Assembly: GCF_001194135.2 (NCBI RefSeq)
Contig: NC_068994.1
Span: 17,786,766-17,850,765 of the forward strand
DNA: 64,000 nucleotides
Source: Octopus bimaculoides
Taxonomy: Eukaryota
Direction of reading: 5' to 3'
This document shows positions 12,300 through 24,624 of the stretch, piece by piece. The translations under genes and the position numbers were made by a program. Within the stretch, counting starts at the first letter, position 1, and every line of letters starts with the position of its first letter. The notes beneath the pieces were generated by a model. That model worked only from the letters and a program-made list of their open reading frames with translations, had not been told where the DNA came from and ran no database searches.

Positions 12300-12495
12300 G
12301 AATAAAACGTTTTGAATGGTACAACAATGCACTATAATACAAAAAAATGGATTATATAATTGTTGTAATTTAGTTATCTATAGTCCGATGATCTGAAGAA
12401 GGAATTGTATTTCGAAATAGATAACTAAATTACAAGTATATAGTCCATTTTTTTGTATTATAGTGCATTGTTGTACCATTCAAAACTTTTTATTC
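12300..12495 (+). ncRNA. Type III hammerhead-like core (12371-12427) closed by an ~80-bp inverted repeat
   Basis: Arms 12300-12381 and 12417-12495 are reverse complements (3 mismatches, one 3-nt indel). Between them: AUA | GTC CGAT GAT | CTGAAGAA | GGAA TTGTA TTTC | GAAA. Confidence 0.6.
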
Positions 12496-12548
12496 TTTAT
12501 ATATATATATGCAATGTACATGGATAAAATTATTGGTATATAACTTAC

Positions 12549-12704
12549 TTGCGTGTGTGTACGTCCTACTTTGATAATGTCCATAAACTCATTAGATTTG
12601 TTTTTGAGAGATTCATGTAATTTATGAAGGGCAGGTAATAAATGCTGGTGGATTTCAGCAGCAACAGCTATGTGCATTGCAGTCGGAAATGTATCATTGG
12701 AACT
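12549..12704 (-). CDS. FH: FH exon 5: [52 protein letters not shown]
   Basis: Conserved SSNDTFPT and GRTH (catalytic His). Acceptor ttacAG, donor GTAAGT, 156 bp, phase 0/0. Confidence 0.97.
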
Positions 12705-12875
12705 CTGTAATACATGAATAAACAATTAATTGTCACAATGTAAGATATAGAAAGGACAATAAACATGCTTGATCACAAAACATAAGCGAATGACCCCAAT
12801 ATCAAAGCTCTTGAGTTGTTTTTCTCAGAGTGACATGTAACATGTAAACACATTGAAGACCGGTGTGGCATTTAA

Positions 12876-13094
12876 CACTTTAGCATTCAGATTATCCAGT
12901 CAAACGTAATGCTTTTACATTCACATTGCTTTCAATTAATCAGGCATTATTTTGTGACTTCGAAATTTTGATGATATGGTTGTATATTTTACAATTGCAT
13001 TAAAGAGTAAGTGTGATAGGCTGGATCTGGTTGGTTGGAGTATAACACAGGTAGAACATTTGGGACAGATATAGCCAGTTTAAATGCTAAAGGG
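12876..13094 (+). mobile_element. piggyBac-type MITE, family 1
   Basis: (C)CCTTTAGCATT...AATGCTAAAGGG termini with TTAA flanks; other copies at 16266, 24625, 25940, 45346 and 49583. Confidence 0.75.
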
Positions 13095-13273
13095 TTAAGC
13101 AAATAAATAAGAATATAAAAAATATGGAAGTCTCTTCTTGACCGGTTTTCTTGTATTTAGTACCTTATACAGGAACACTTGATTAAAAGATATTTTTCTT
13201 TTTGTTAGATTATGAGAAAATTACATCAATTAGAAAAAGAATGGTTAAATTGTTGGTTGGTTATTGTATAGAT

Positions 13274-13517
13274 CAGCAGTTCTCAATCATTTTTTACCAA
13301 TGGACTCCTTTGATTCCTATTTTACTCGGGTGGACTCTCCCAGCAATTCAATGTTTAAAAAATGATATTTTTATAATTAAATATTATTAGGAATTGTTTA
13401 AAAAAAAAAAATATTTTGTGAATTGTGAAAGTATAACAAATTTATTGCAAATAAATTTAACAAAATCTTATATGGACCCCACCCAAGGGCCATATGGACC
13501 CTGGTTGAAAACCACTG
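13274..13517. mobile_element. hAT (Charlie-like) MITE
   Basis: TIRs CAGCAGTTCTCAA / TTGAAAACCACTG and a perfect 8-bp TSD GTATAGAT; an inverted relative lies at 48792-49030. Confidence 0.85.
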
Positions 13518-13558
13518 GTATAGATTATGAATTCATATTTTCAAATTTTTTTTTTATT

Positions 13559-14010
13559 CCATCATCATCATTTAACATCCACCTTCCATGCTAGCAAGGG
13601 TTGGACGATTTGACTGAGGACTGGCGAACCAGGCTCCAATTTGATCTGGCAGAGTTTCTACAGCTGGATGCCCTACCTAACGCCAACCACTCCAAGAGTC
13701 TAGTGGGTGCTTTTACGTTCCACCGGCACGAGGGCCAGTCAGGCGGTACTGGCAACGGCCACGCTCAAAATGGTGTTTTTTACGTGCCACCTGCATAAGA
13801 GCCAGTCCAGCGGCACTGACAACAACCTCGCACGAATGTCTTTTCACGTTCCACCGGCACAAGTGCCAGGAAGGCAACGCTGGTAACGATCACGCTCAAA
13901 TGGTGCTATTTACGTGCCACTGGCATGGAAGCCAGACAGCTGCTCTGGCAATGATCACGCTCGGACAGTGCTCTTAGCGCGCTCCTCTGGCACAGGTGCC
14001 AGTCATCGAA
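13559..14010 (-). mobile_element. RTE LINE 3' end with ~65-bp internal tandem repeats
   Basis: (CAT)n start on plus, the family tail, then 4-5 diverged units of ggtgc(t)tttacgtgccaccggcac... Confidence 0.75.
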
Positions 14011-14594
14011 TTTGGTTCAATCATGATTTCGAAAAAAACATTTTCTATGTCTGTTCTAGATAGAGCTGTGAGTCCTCATTGCTGGTATTTAATTGAGTTT
14101 TAAACATTACTCTATAAAGGTATAGTCTTGACTGTGTGATTAAGAAGCTTACTTTACAACCACATGGTTTTAGATTCAGTCCTGCTACACAGCACCTCTT
14201 CTAATATAGACACAAACCAACCAATGACATGTGGAAGAATTTAGTAGATGGTAACTGTGTGGAAGTCTGTTGTGTGTGTGTGCTGAGTGGTTTTCAGTTC
14301 ATGATCATAAGGACATGAGTTCAATTCCAGTGGCACGTTATGTCCTCCAGTAAGACACTTTATTTCACGTTACCCCAGTCCACTCAGTTGACAAAAATGA
14401 GTTGTACTTGTAATTCAAAGAGCCAGCTTTGTCACTTTCTGTGTCACGCTGAATCTCCCTGGAAATACGTGAAGGGTATACATGTCTGTAGAGTGCTCAA
14501 CTATTTGCACGTTAATTTCATGAGCAAACTGTTCCGTTGATTGGATCAACTGGAACCCTCATTGTCATAACCACTGGAGTGCCAGTTTATATAT

Positions 14595-14910
14595 CATCAT
14601 CATCATTTAACATCCGTTTTTTCATGCTGGCATGGGTTGGATAGTTTGACTGAGGACTGGAAAGTCAGCGGCTGCACCAGTCTCCAACCTGATCTGGCAA
14701 TGTTTCGACAGTTGGATGCCCTTCCTAGTGCCAATCACTCTGAGAGTATAGTGGATGCTTTTTATGTGCCTTCGGCACAGGAGCCGGTCAGGTGGGCCTG
14801 GCATTGGCCATGTTCGGATGGTGCTTTTTATGTGTCACCGCCATGGGAACCAGTCAGGCGACCCTGGCATCAATCACATTTGGATGGTGCTTTTAACATG
14901 CCACCAGCAC
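14595..14910 (-). mobile_element. RTE LINE 3' end
   Basis: Same family as 13559-14010; (CAT)n terminus. Confidence 0.7.
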
Positions 14911-14913
14911 ACG

Positions 14914-14961
<48 letters not shown>

Positions 14962-16265
14962 TACACACACAAATACATACACTGTATTGAGACCCCTCTA
15001 GCAAGTAGTGTGGAGCAACTCTTTGGACCTTGTACTGTATTTTGCCCAGATGCTCAAGAGCACAGGGAGAAGGCTAATACAAGTGGAGACATGACAGGGC
15101 ATTGCAGAAATCACAAAGTGGACTTAACTGCAAAGGGTGAGGACCAGACTATTAGATGTTGTTATGCACCACTGGTCACAGTGTGCTTCCTTACACTGTT
15201 TTGTCTTTTGAAGATGGTTTATTACACTGACTTCAGTACAAGACTGGTACTTTATCAATGCCAAAAGGATGAAAAACAAAATCAGCCCTGAATATAGAGA
15301 GCCAGAACAAATATTGGTTTCAATTTTGGCACAGGGCCAGTAATTTTAGGGGACATTTTGCTACCATCTCTATCCTGCTGTCTCTCACTCACTCTCTCCT
15401 TCTCCTGCACTTTCCTCAGGTTGGGTAACCATGTATCTCCTTTGTGGAAGCACACCTGTTTCTGTCTTTATTCCTGATATCTCTACAGCAAGACACCTCT
15501 ACACCTTCCTCTACAGCAAGGCACCTGTGTCTGTCTCTCTGTCTCACTATAACCTTTCATCATCCAACACAAAACCACCTCCTCCAATAACCCCTCCCCT
15601 CTTGAAAGTTTTATTTTTTTTTTTGTCTTGCAAGTAATTGGTGACCCTGTCAGTGTAGGTGCCACTTAAAAGCATCCAGTCCACACTGTAAATTGGTTGG
15701 TGTTTGGAAAGGCATCCAGCTGTAAAAACCTTGCCAAAACTGACCTCACCAGTGCTTGTGCCACGTAAAATGATGTACTAAGTCCACTCTGCTGAGTCGT
15801 TAGTGTTAGGAAGGGCACCCAACTGTAAAAATCCTGCCAAAATAGTCACAGAAGTCTGGTGCAGGCTTCTCCCTAGCTGGCTCTTGTCAAACCATCCCAC
15901 TCAAGCTAGCATGGAAGGCAGATTTTAAATGATGATGATGAGGAGGAATGTCTATTTATAACCAAAGTAATTGCCTATTGTATTTCCAAAACAGATAATT
16001 CTCAACAGTTTGATGGCTGCCAAAAAAGTGTTGCCTGTCACAACATATACCTACAATAAAGTGCTTACTTGTGGATGATGAAAGTGAATCTCAAAGTAAT
16101 AATAGGTTTTAATCAGGGAAACAAGTGGAGGACCATACAAAAAGCCTGCACTTAAAACATGTGTGTGTGTGTGTGTGTGTGTACTGTTTATTTATTATTC
16201 ATTATATAAAAGCATTGGAAATAAGGTTAGATGCCATCATCTAATTAGAAAAAAAAAAGATTTGA

Positions 16266-16484
16266 CCCTTGAGCATTCAGATTATTCTGCCAAATGTAAT
16301 GCTTATTTATTCACATTAAAAAAAAATTAATAATGCATTATCTTGCAGCTTTGAGATTTCAATGATGTGACTATATTTTTACAATGACATTGTTAGGTAT
16401 TGTGGGGAGCCAGATCTGACCACTTTAAACATAAAACATGTAGAAAATTTTGGGCCAGATACGGCCAGTTTAAATACTAAAGGG
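16266..16484 (+). mobile_element. piggyBac-type MITE, family 1
   Basis: Similar to 12876-13094; right end AAAGGG|TTAA. Confidence 0.7.
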
Positions 16485-16745
16485 TTAATTTACTGCAAGA
16501 TTAATTTATTTCAAGATGTTTTAATTTGATTCAAGTTTACTTTAACTTCCTTTAAGTTTATTTTAATTTGTACTTGAAAAAGGTGTCAATGCTTTAAATT
16601 ATCCTGTTTATATTTATATTTCTGCATGGAAAAATAATGTGAGGATATCTTATTTTTTGTTCTTCTGGAAGGTCAATAGGTACCAGTAAAAGACAAACTC
16701 TTGCTCCAACTCTCTTCACAAAAAAAAAAAAAAAAAATCTACCTA

Positions 16746-17152
16746 GGCGCAGGAGTGGCTGTGTGGTAAGTAGCTTGCTTATCAAACACATGGTTCCGGG
16801 TTCAGTCCCACTGCGTGGCACCTTGGGCAAGTGTCTTCTACTATAGCCTTGGGCCGACCAAAGCCTTGTGAGTGGATTTGGTAGACGGAAACTGAAAGAA
16901 GCCCGTCGTATATATGTATATATATATATGCGTATGTGTGTCTGTGTTTGTCCCCCCAACATCGCTTGACAACGGATGCTGGTGTGTTTACGTCCCCGTC
17001 ACTTAGCGGTTTCACAAAAGAGACCGATAGAATAAGTACTAGGCTTACAAAGAATAAGTCCTGGGGTCGATTTGCTCGAGTAAAGGCGGTGCTCCAGCAT
17101 GGCCGCAGTCAAATTATTGAAACAAGTAAAAGAATAAAAGAGAGTAAAGAGA
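16746..17152 (+). mobile_element. tRNA-derived SINE, family A (young copy), abutting the FH exon 4 donor
   Basis: Pol III A-box-like TGGCTGTGTGGT and B-box-like GGTTCAGTCCC, central (TA)/(TG) microsatellite, (GTAAAAGA)-type tail; near-identical to 51039-51488 and 63742-64000. Confidence 0.85.
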
Positions 17153-17173
17153 GATAAGATAAATGACACTTAC

Positions 17174-17350
17174 TTGGCTCATATTTACATGATCATTTGG
17201 ATGCACAGGGTCCTTGCTGCCAAGCTGACCACCAAGTAACTGAATGGCTCGGTTGCTAATCACTTCATTGACATTCATATTTGTCTGTGTGCCAGAACCT
17301 GTCTGCCACACGACAAGAGGGAAATGGTCCATAAGTTCACCAGAACTCAC
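17174..17350 (-). CDS. FH: FH exon 4: [59 protein letters not shown]
   Basis: Conserved [17 protein letters not shown] and HPNDHVN. Acceptor ttcAG, donor GTAAGT, 177 bp, phase 0/0. Confidence 0.97.
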
Positions 17351-18139
17351 CTGAACAGAAATAAAGAAAAATGAAATCAAACATTAGATTAACTAAAAAA
17401 AATGGCCTATTGTATGTGTGTGTGTCTACGCATGCAAGTGCAAGTAAATATGGCTAAATGGAGAAACCTTGGATTGGATTGGACTGCCCATGTTCAGTCC
17501 ACTGCAAGATGAGGGCCTCAGCATGTTCTCTCCATCAATCATGGTCTGATGTAGAGGCCATGAATTTTAGCTTGAGATCATACTGGTTTGATGAGCCTAC
17601 CCTGCCACACTGGCTTGACAGAGAGATGCAGTTTTTTTCTTTTATTCATATACAGGGGTAGTTAAGTCAATTACATCCACCCCAGTGCTCAACTGGTATT
17701 TATTTTATTGACTCTGAATAGAAGAAAGGCAAAGTCAATCTCAATAGAATTTGAACTCATAATGTAAAGATGGTCAAAATGCTACTAAGCATTTCACCTG
17801 GCATGCTAACGATTCTGCCAGCTCGTTGCCTTACAGCCTTACATATACATAACTATGACTAGTGTAGTTAGACTGAGAAATATTTGTTGTTTTTTTACCT
17901 TCCTTCCTAGTGTCATGTTAAAGGTAGATTATTGTTGGAGATCCAATCCCTGGGTATTCCTTATTAAACTTCTCATGACAAGATATGATATAGATATTAA
18001 CAATGAAGAAGATGACAAACACATAATTAATATTCATGACACAGTTTTTGAAAAGATGAGGTACTCTGTTTTAATTTTGTAATGTGAAGAAACATGTATT
18101 ATATTGCTAACTGCACTTAAGTAGTAAAAGTAATAATAA

Positions 18140-18635
18140 TAATAATAATAATCCTTTCTACCATAAGTACAAGGCCTGAAATTTTGGGGATGGGGGCTAG
18201 TCGATTACATCAATTCCAGTGTGTAACTGGAAGTCAATTACATCGACCCCAGTGTTTCACTGGTACTTATTTTATTGACACTGAAAGGAAGAAAGGCAAA
18301 GTCAACGTCGGCAGGATTTGAACTCAAAATGTGAAGATAGATGAAATGCTGTTAAGCATTTTGCCCAGTGTGGTAACGATTCTTCCAGCCCGCCACCATA
18401 ATAATAATAATAATAATAACAATCCTTTCTACTAAAGGCACAAGGCCTGAAATATTGAGGGTGGGGGATTGTCGTTCACATTGACCCTAGTGATTCACTG
18501 GTACTTAATTTATCAACCCTGAAAGGATGAAAGGCAAAGTTGACCATGGCAGTATTTGAACTCAGAACATAGTGATGAGCAAAATGCCGCTAAGCATTTT
18601 GCCCAGCATGTTAATAATTCTGCCAGCTCGCTGCC

Positions 18636-18680
<45 letters not shown>
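18140..18680 (-). mobile_element. Tandem tRNA-derived SINEs, family B, separated by (TAA)n
   Basis: Repeated unit aatcctttcta...aggcctgaaa...gaaaggcaaagtc...atttgaactc...ctgccagctcg; minus strand carries the tRNA-like head and (ATT)n tail. Confidence 0.8.
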
Positions 18681-19313
18681 GATAAAAGATTTTAAAAAAT
18701 GAAGGCAAGTTGAATTTTAGTCACATGTAAAAGAGAATATTTTAAAGAATGAATAAATTAGTTTTGATAAGTTTCATGCCCATTTAACCATTCAGAGAAA
18801 TATCAAAACTTAAAAAAACACACACACTTTTAACAGTTACTTTCAATTGTGGTAGACTCACCTGTCATAGATGACAGATTAGGGCTTTGCAATTTCTTGC
18901 TGAACAATTTGTTCCACAGATGATTTGTTTCTGTTGATTAAATGTTTGTGTTGTACATTAGCTCACTTCTGTCATCAAATCAACATTGCCCAATACAAGT
19001 GTATAGTAATGCCACATGTCAAATGTTAAAGTGATCGCAGAGCAAGATGAAAAGAAGTGTTTTGCTCAAGAATACAATGCACTACCCAGTCCAGTCTGGG
19101 AATCAAAACCACAATCTTGCAATCATGAGTGCAACACCTCAACCACCAGGCCATGCATTTTCACAACTTTCAATTTGAGAATAGAAAATTCTTGATTCTA
19201 TTCAAGAATTATATCTTTTGCACTATTTTCAAATGTATATAATTGGTTACATGGTGTCATCACTAGGTAAATAAACTATGTCCTAATGACCAAATACAAC
19301 AAAGCTAACATAC

Positions 19314-19424
19314 TTCCATGGCAGCAGATTTTATTACTTCAGCTATTTTGGGATCCAGGTCATACTCTTGATTCACTTGGGCTGCTGCAGCCTTCAGAAT
19401 ACCAAAAGCTTTGATAAGTGGAAC
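19314..19424 (-). CDS. FH: FH exon 3: [37 protein letters not shown]
   Basis: Not in the ORF track; translated by hand. Matches fumarase [12 protein letters not shown]. Acceptor ttgcAG, donor GTATGT, 111 bp, phase 0/0. Confidence 0.95.
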
Positions 19425-20656
19425 CTGCAAGTATAAAATCAATCACTCAGCATATCTCATAATAATGTGGATAAGATAATCATTTTAGAAAATAATACTT
19501 TGACATTACAAAATAAGAAAAAGAAATATAAAATATATTTGGCTCTGTTTTTCTATGTATATCGCTAGCACAGCAGTAACTGCTATTTCCAGTGCCAAAG
19601 TATCTGCCACTGACAAGGCCCAAAAAAAAAGGCTGAAATCATGTGATCTGGTGGTCCTGGAAGCAGAAGTAGCAGTGATTGTCTGCCACTGGCAATAGCT
19701 ATGTGCTTTTATGCACAAAAAAACCCCCACATGAAAATTTTTTTCTCTCTTGGTAAATGTAGTATTTGTGTATACTAACACATCTACTTTTAAGTGGTGA
19801 ATATTTTATCTTTTGGTATTAATACTGCTTCTGTTGCTCTCTTTATTTTTCATAAAATATATACTACTATTAGCAATCTGTGTATCATATTTTATATAAA
19901 TACGTCACAGAAGGCTGAATTAACTACAGTGTTCAGTTGGAGATACTATAGATAATATCTTTTATGGACTTGCTGTATTGAATAACACAAAATTAAATTG
20001 GTAGCAGAAGAAAATTGTTGAGTAGTGGTAGTGGAAATGCTAGAAGCACATAGCATTCTTGTCATCACTGGTGGACAATTTTCATCTGCTACCAATATAA
20101 TTTTGTATTTTTTTAACACAGTATGTCCAGAACAGATATTACCTCCAGACAAAAATTGCAGTTAATTAAGCTTTCCATGATATATTTGCATTAAGTATGA
20201 TGCACAAATTACTAATTTAATCTAGTACTGCTTCTGCTGTACATAACAAATATTACTATTACTTTAGCTATAAATTGTAATTTAACTTGAGCAGAATTGG
20301 TTATAAAGTCAGTTCCAGTCTTTATTTATGAGAACTGTTAACTGGCCAACCCATAAGGAAGCTGCACAAAGTCAATTACTTTAACATTCACTAGCTGAGA
20401 TCATGTTGTAAATAGTGTACAGTTCAATGCTGTAAGAAATTCTTTTAGTCCAGGATCACTCTCAAAGGTTTTAGTCAGTCATATCCCCCCCACCCTCACA
20501 ATATCTTGTCAGGTACTGAAAGCTAAGATTTCAAGCTTCCTATTGATGTGTGACATAATAGATGTCTCAAGCTTTCTATGGATGTGAGACACAATAGATA
20601 TAGTCATGCCCGTTTGTGTAATTTAGTGATCACCAAGCCAAAGTGGACTGTATATA

Positions 20657-21030
20657 CAAGGGTCAGCTGAAAAATTCATAGGCTGACCGTAATATTCTCA
20701 CAGAATGTGACCAAATGAGGTTTATTTTTCAATATAGTGTCCCTTGTGGAACTATGCTGCAGTGCTCGGATCCCACTGGTGAGGAAGCTTTCATCCTGTT
20801 GCTCAAAAGAGTCAACAGCAGATATGACATCATCACTGATGCTGATTCCCAGCCAAGTGTTTTCACATGTGGGGAACAGAAGATAGGAGTAAAATCAGGA
20901 AAATAGAGAGGGCAATCAACCAAGGACTTGTGGGATCAATACAGTGTCAGGTGAAAGGCCCATGCCTTTTCAACACATCTAAACAATACGAGAAACCCGG
21001 TATAGTAATCTCCTACCATACAGTGGCTTC
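20657..21030. mobile_element. mariner-like end fragment
   Basis: TA|CAAGGG..GCTGAAAA(G)TTC start, resembling 59650-59790; right boundary uncertain. Confidence 0.4.
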
Positions 21031-22652
21031 ATGAAAATTCATGATCAGTTATTCTTTACTGTTTTAAATAATGTACTTAAACAATCAACATAGTATCCAA
21101 TGTTGTTATGCCAGGAAAACAAATTATGCTGTTACTTTTACTACAACTACTATTAGTAGTTCTGTACCAAGGAATAATGAATAAAAATTGCCTTTGTTAC
21201 TAACATTGCTGCTATGAGCCCTCGAGTGTCAATCGTTTGCCAACTTTCATTAATTATTATTTTGCTACATAGAGTCAATGATGGTATGTCTAGGCAGTCA
21301 ATGAATCTGCTAGAAATAACAGCTAAATCTTCCTTAAATTAACTCCAACTTTCTCAATAGGGGAAGAACACGTTATATAATGTTGTCCTGCATGACACTA
21401 CTTGAAAAGATGTCATGGTACTCTTGGTAGGATGATCACAAAACTGCTCGACCAAGACTGACTTGAAACTAAACAACTTTTCTATTTGGTTTAGTTTTTC
21501 TGGTTGCATCTGTTTTCTTCAATGATGTTATTAACAATGTTGAGAAAGGATTGACTGTCATACAATCTGTTTTTGACGCTTACTACTAACATAAATTTTT
21601 TTTTTTAAATCAGCATTATTATTGTCATTACTCCCCAGACAAAATAAAATACAAACCAAGTTTTATTTCAAGACTTCTTTCCTTACATTTTCTTATTAAA
21701 AAGCTATTTCATTTCACTTTGGGAAAATAATAAGTTCATCACTTATTACCACTCTCTACCTCCTTGGTTCTTTATTAATTTAACCTTATTTTATTCATTA
21801 ACATTACTTCAGAATAGACTTCTAGAATAGACAAAATAATAAAAACAAAAGCAATAAATGTCAAAAGGACATACACTATGAATGTATTAGGTTGATAGTT
21901 TAAGATAGAAAAAAAAAAAGAGGTTGAAGATGACATTTTGAATATGGCTCTTCATTAGAAAGAGGAAGGCTCTGGAGAGAAAGAAAAGAATAGTCCAAGA
22001 AAAGCATGTGTGTCATTATGTGGCTGAAGCGATTGGATCCAACATTGATTTGGAGTACCTATTTCTTGGATTTCTTCATACTTAATTACCTTATCCTTGG
22101 ATTATGTTACACCATTGAATTCGCTCAGAGTACGTCATTTTTGTACCATCTAGAATAGAAATGGATAAGATGGGTGGGCAAAAGAGTTATACACTAAAAT
22201 GGTGAGAGGAAAATGCTGATAATCGATTCAATATGGTTTAATAGTCAGCATCGAGAAAGTTGATGGCTTGTTCCCTGTCACTGGCTTCAATGACTATAAG
22301 AGTAAACTCTCAAGTACTGCAGCCTACCTAGTTGTAAACAGATACTGAAGGTTAGGAACAACTCACTGCTGTATGCAACAAGAGTGCTGCAAAATTGAAG
22401 AGCATTTCAGTAGCTGTACATTAAATTCAATTTCTAGAGAAAGGATAGAATATAAAGTGTTTACAGGTGCCCCTATAACAGATTGTTGTATCTATTTTAT
22501 TTCTCATTCTTTCATTTTTCCAACTGCTTGTTCCTGGATTTATTCTTAATCCTTTTGTTAGTCTTCAGAATCACAACTAAATTATATGTAAAGAAGTTCA
22601 CAGTTAATTAAAAAAATAAAATGCCTTATTTCTTCTATTACATTTTATACCA

Positions 22653-22655
<3 letters not shown>

Positions 22656-22703
<48 letters not shown>
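22656..22703 (+). repeat. 48-nt poly(A) homopolymer in FH intron 2
   Basis: Read directly from the sequence. Confidence 0.9.
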
Positions 22704-22705
<2 letters not shown>

Positions 22706-23602
22706 CCAAAAGATTAAAACAAAAACCAAGTAATTTTCTTTAAAAGTTTATAGTAAAATTCAACTGACTAAAATATTTTACCTTTTCATAGTTATATTTC
22801 TAATAAGAATAGAATGTTTATGTGTCTCAATTTACAAAATAACCAAGCAAGGATTTCACAAGAAAAAAAAAAAATACTTAACTTTCTTTGTGTATTGACA
22901 TAATTATTTGGAATACTACTCAAAAATATACGCATGCACACTACACAATGATGCTCCAGCTTGACCATGACATCTAAAACTAAAGAACACACACAAATAG
23001 ACACTTTGAAATCTCTCATCATTCAAGTCACAAAAATGACCTTTTTCATTTAAATTTAAATCCTCATTTAACTTCTGTTTTTCCTGCTGGAATGAGTTGG
23101 ATGGTTTAACAGGAGCTGGTAAGGCCAGGGACCACACCAGGCTCCACTGTTTGCTCTGGCAGCAACCACTTTACAGAGTGTACTGGTTATTTTTTATGTG
23201 GCATCAACACCAGTATCAATTCTGCTAATGTGGGTAGATCTTCTTGAGTATAGCAAGGTACCCACCAGATACCTCAGCCCTTTGTCATCTCATTTGTAAG
23301 GCTCAGTGTCTTGAGATTGGCCTTCAATACTTTGTACCATGTCTTCTTGGGTTTCCCTCTTCTACAAATTCCGTCCACTTTAAGTGATCGGCACTTCTGT
23401 ATGCAACTGTCTACATCCATACACATCACTTCAAATGGGTGCAGGTGCAGTCTCAGACAGACTGATAATGAAAGAATTTACAGAAATAAAGGCTTCTTTA
23501 TTATGTGACATCTTATCAAGTAAGGATACCCAAGGATTTTGTTTTCCCATACATCTTAAAGCATTGCATTGAAGAAAGACTGAATACTAGAATTCTACAT
23601 AC

Positions 23603-23731
23603 CGGCATTTTTTCAGTTTCACCACCAATGTTGAAATTGATCAAAGTGCGTGCCGTGACAGCTCCATAGAGTTTGTCATTTGGGACTGGCACAGGCCCCA
23701 AACTGTCAGTCTCCAATCTTGAAGCTCCAGG
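23603..23731 (-). CDS. FH: FH exon 2: PGASRLETDSLGPVPVPNDKLYGAVTARTLINFNIGGETEKMP
   Basis: Matches the mature fumarase N-terminus (R.E.D..G...VP.DK.YGA.T.R...NF.IGG..E.MP). Acceptor ttttcAG, donor GTATGT, 129 bp, phase 0/0. Confidence 0.95.
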
Positions 23732-24624
23732 CTGAAAAGAGAAGCGATAGTTAATTTAGATATTTATGATACAAGAAGACATCTGAAAATTATTTCAGAA
23801 CCATCTTGAAACAAATTTTTTTTTTATATATATATATATATATCTGTAAAATATGTGACACTTAATCGGTAGCCATGATAAAACTCTGAGTTTCGGATGC
23901 TGGGGTGGGGACCCATGCCAACATCTCTTCAGTTATCCGGTCATTGAAAGTGTCACATATTTTTACAGATAAATTCTTCTATTTACATAATATCAAGGTC
24001 TCTTTCTTTCTTTTGTTGTCCTTCCAATCAATATATATATATTTAGCATCAGTTGTTGTATTAATGGAAATTTAGTTATTTTTGCATAAATTGCAGTAGT
24101 TGGATAGTCTAATTGGCAATTGTAATTGTTTTTTTTACTTTAGTTTGATCAATTGTAGCACAAAAACTAATGTGCCGACTAATGGGGCTTGAATAATATG
24201 AGTCAATATGCCACTCAGTAAGTCAGTATGTGTCAATAGGCCATGCAATCCATCCAAACAATTCCACTTCTTCATGAATGCTAAATCTTTATTCAAACAA
24301 TTTTTTTAGAATAGTTTCATTGTTATTTCAAGCTGTGGCTGGACAGGTTAAAAGTATTGGTAAACCAACCAAAGTGTCAATAGTTTATTGCAGTTATGAG
24401 CAAACTGCAGTCCATGGGGCTTTCTTAATGGCATGCCTAACAAAAAATTACTTTCAATTAATTTTAGTTGTCCATGCCTTGTGTATTGTTTAGCCTTAAC
24501 CAAGAAGGCCTATTACCAAAATCCTTCCAACCATGAGCAGCCCAGCCTACTCTCATGGCATTGCATATCTCAGACTACATCATCTAATGTGACCTTTCTT
24601 TTTTCAGACAGCAAGTAATTTGAA

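Noticed and set aside
13710-13980. ~65-bp repeated units that superficially resemble a repeat-spacer array
   Set aside because: Diverged tandem units within the RTE 3' UTR, seen in several copies; eukaryotic context and no cas genes, so not CRISPR.
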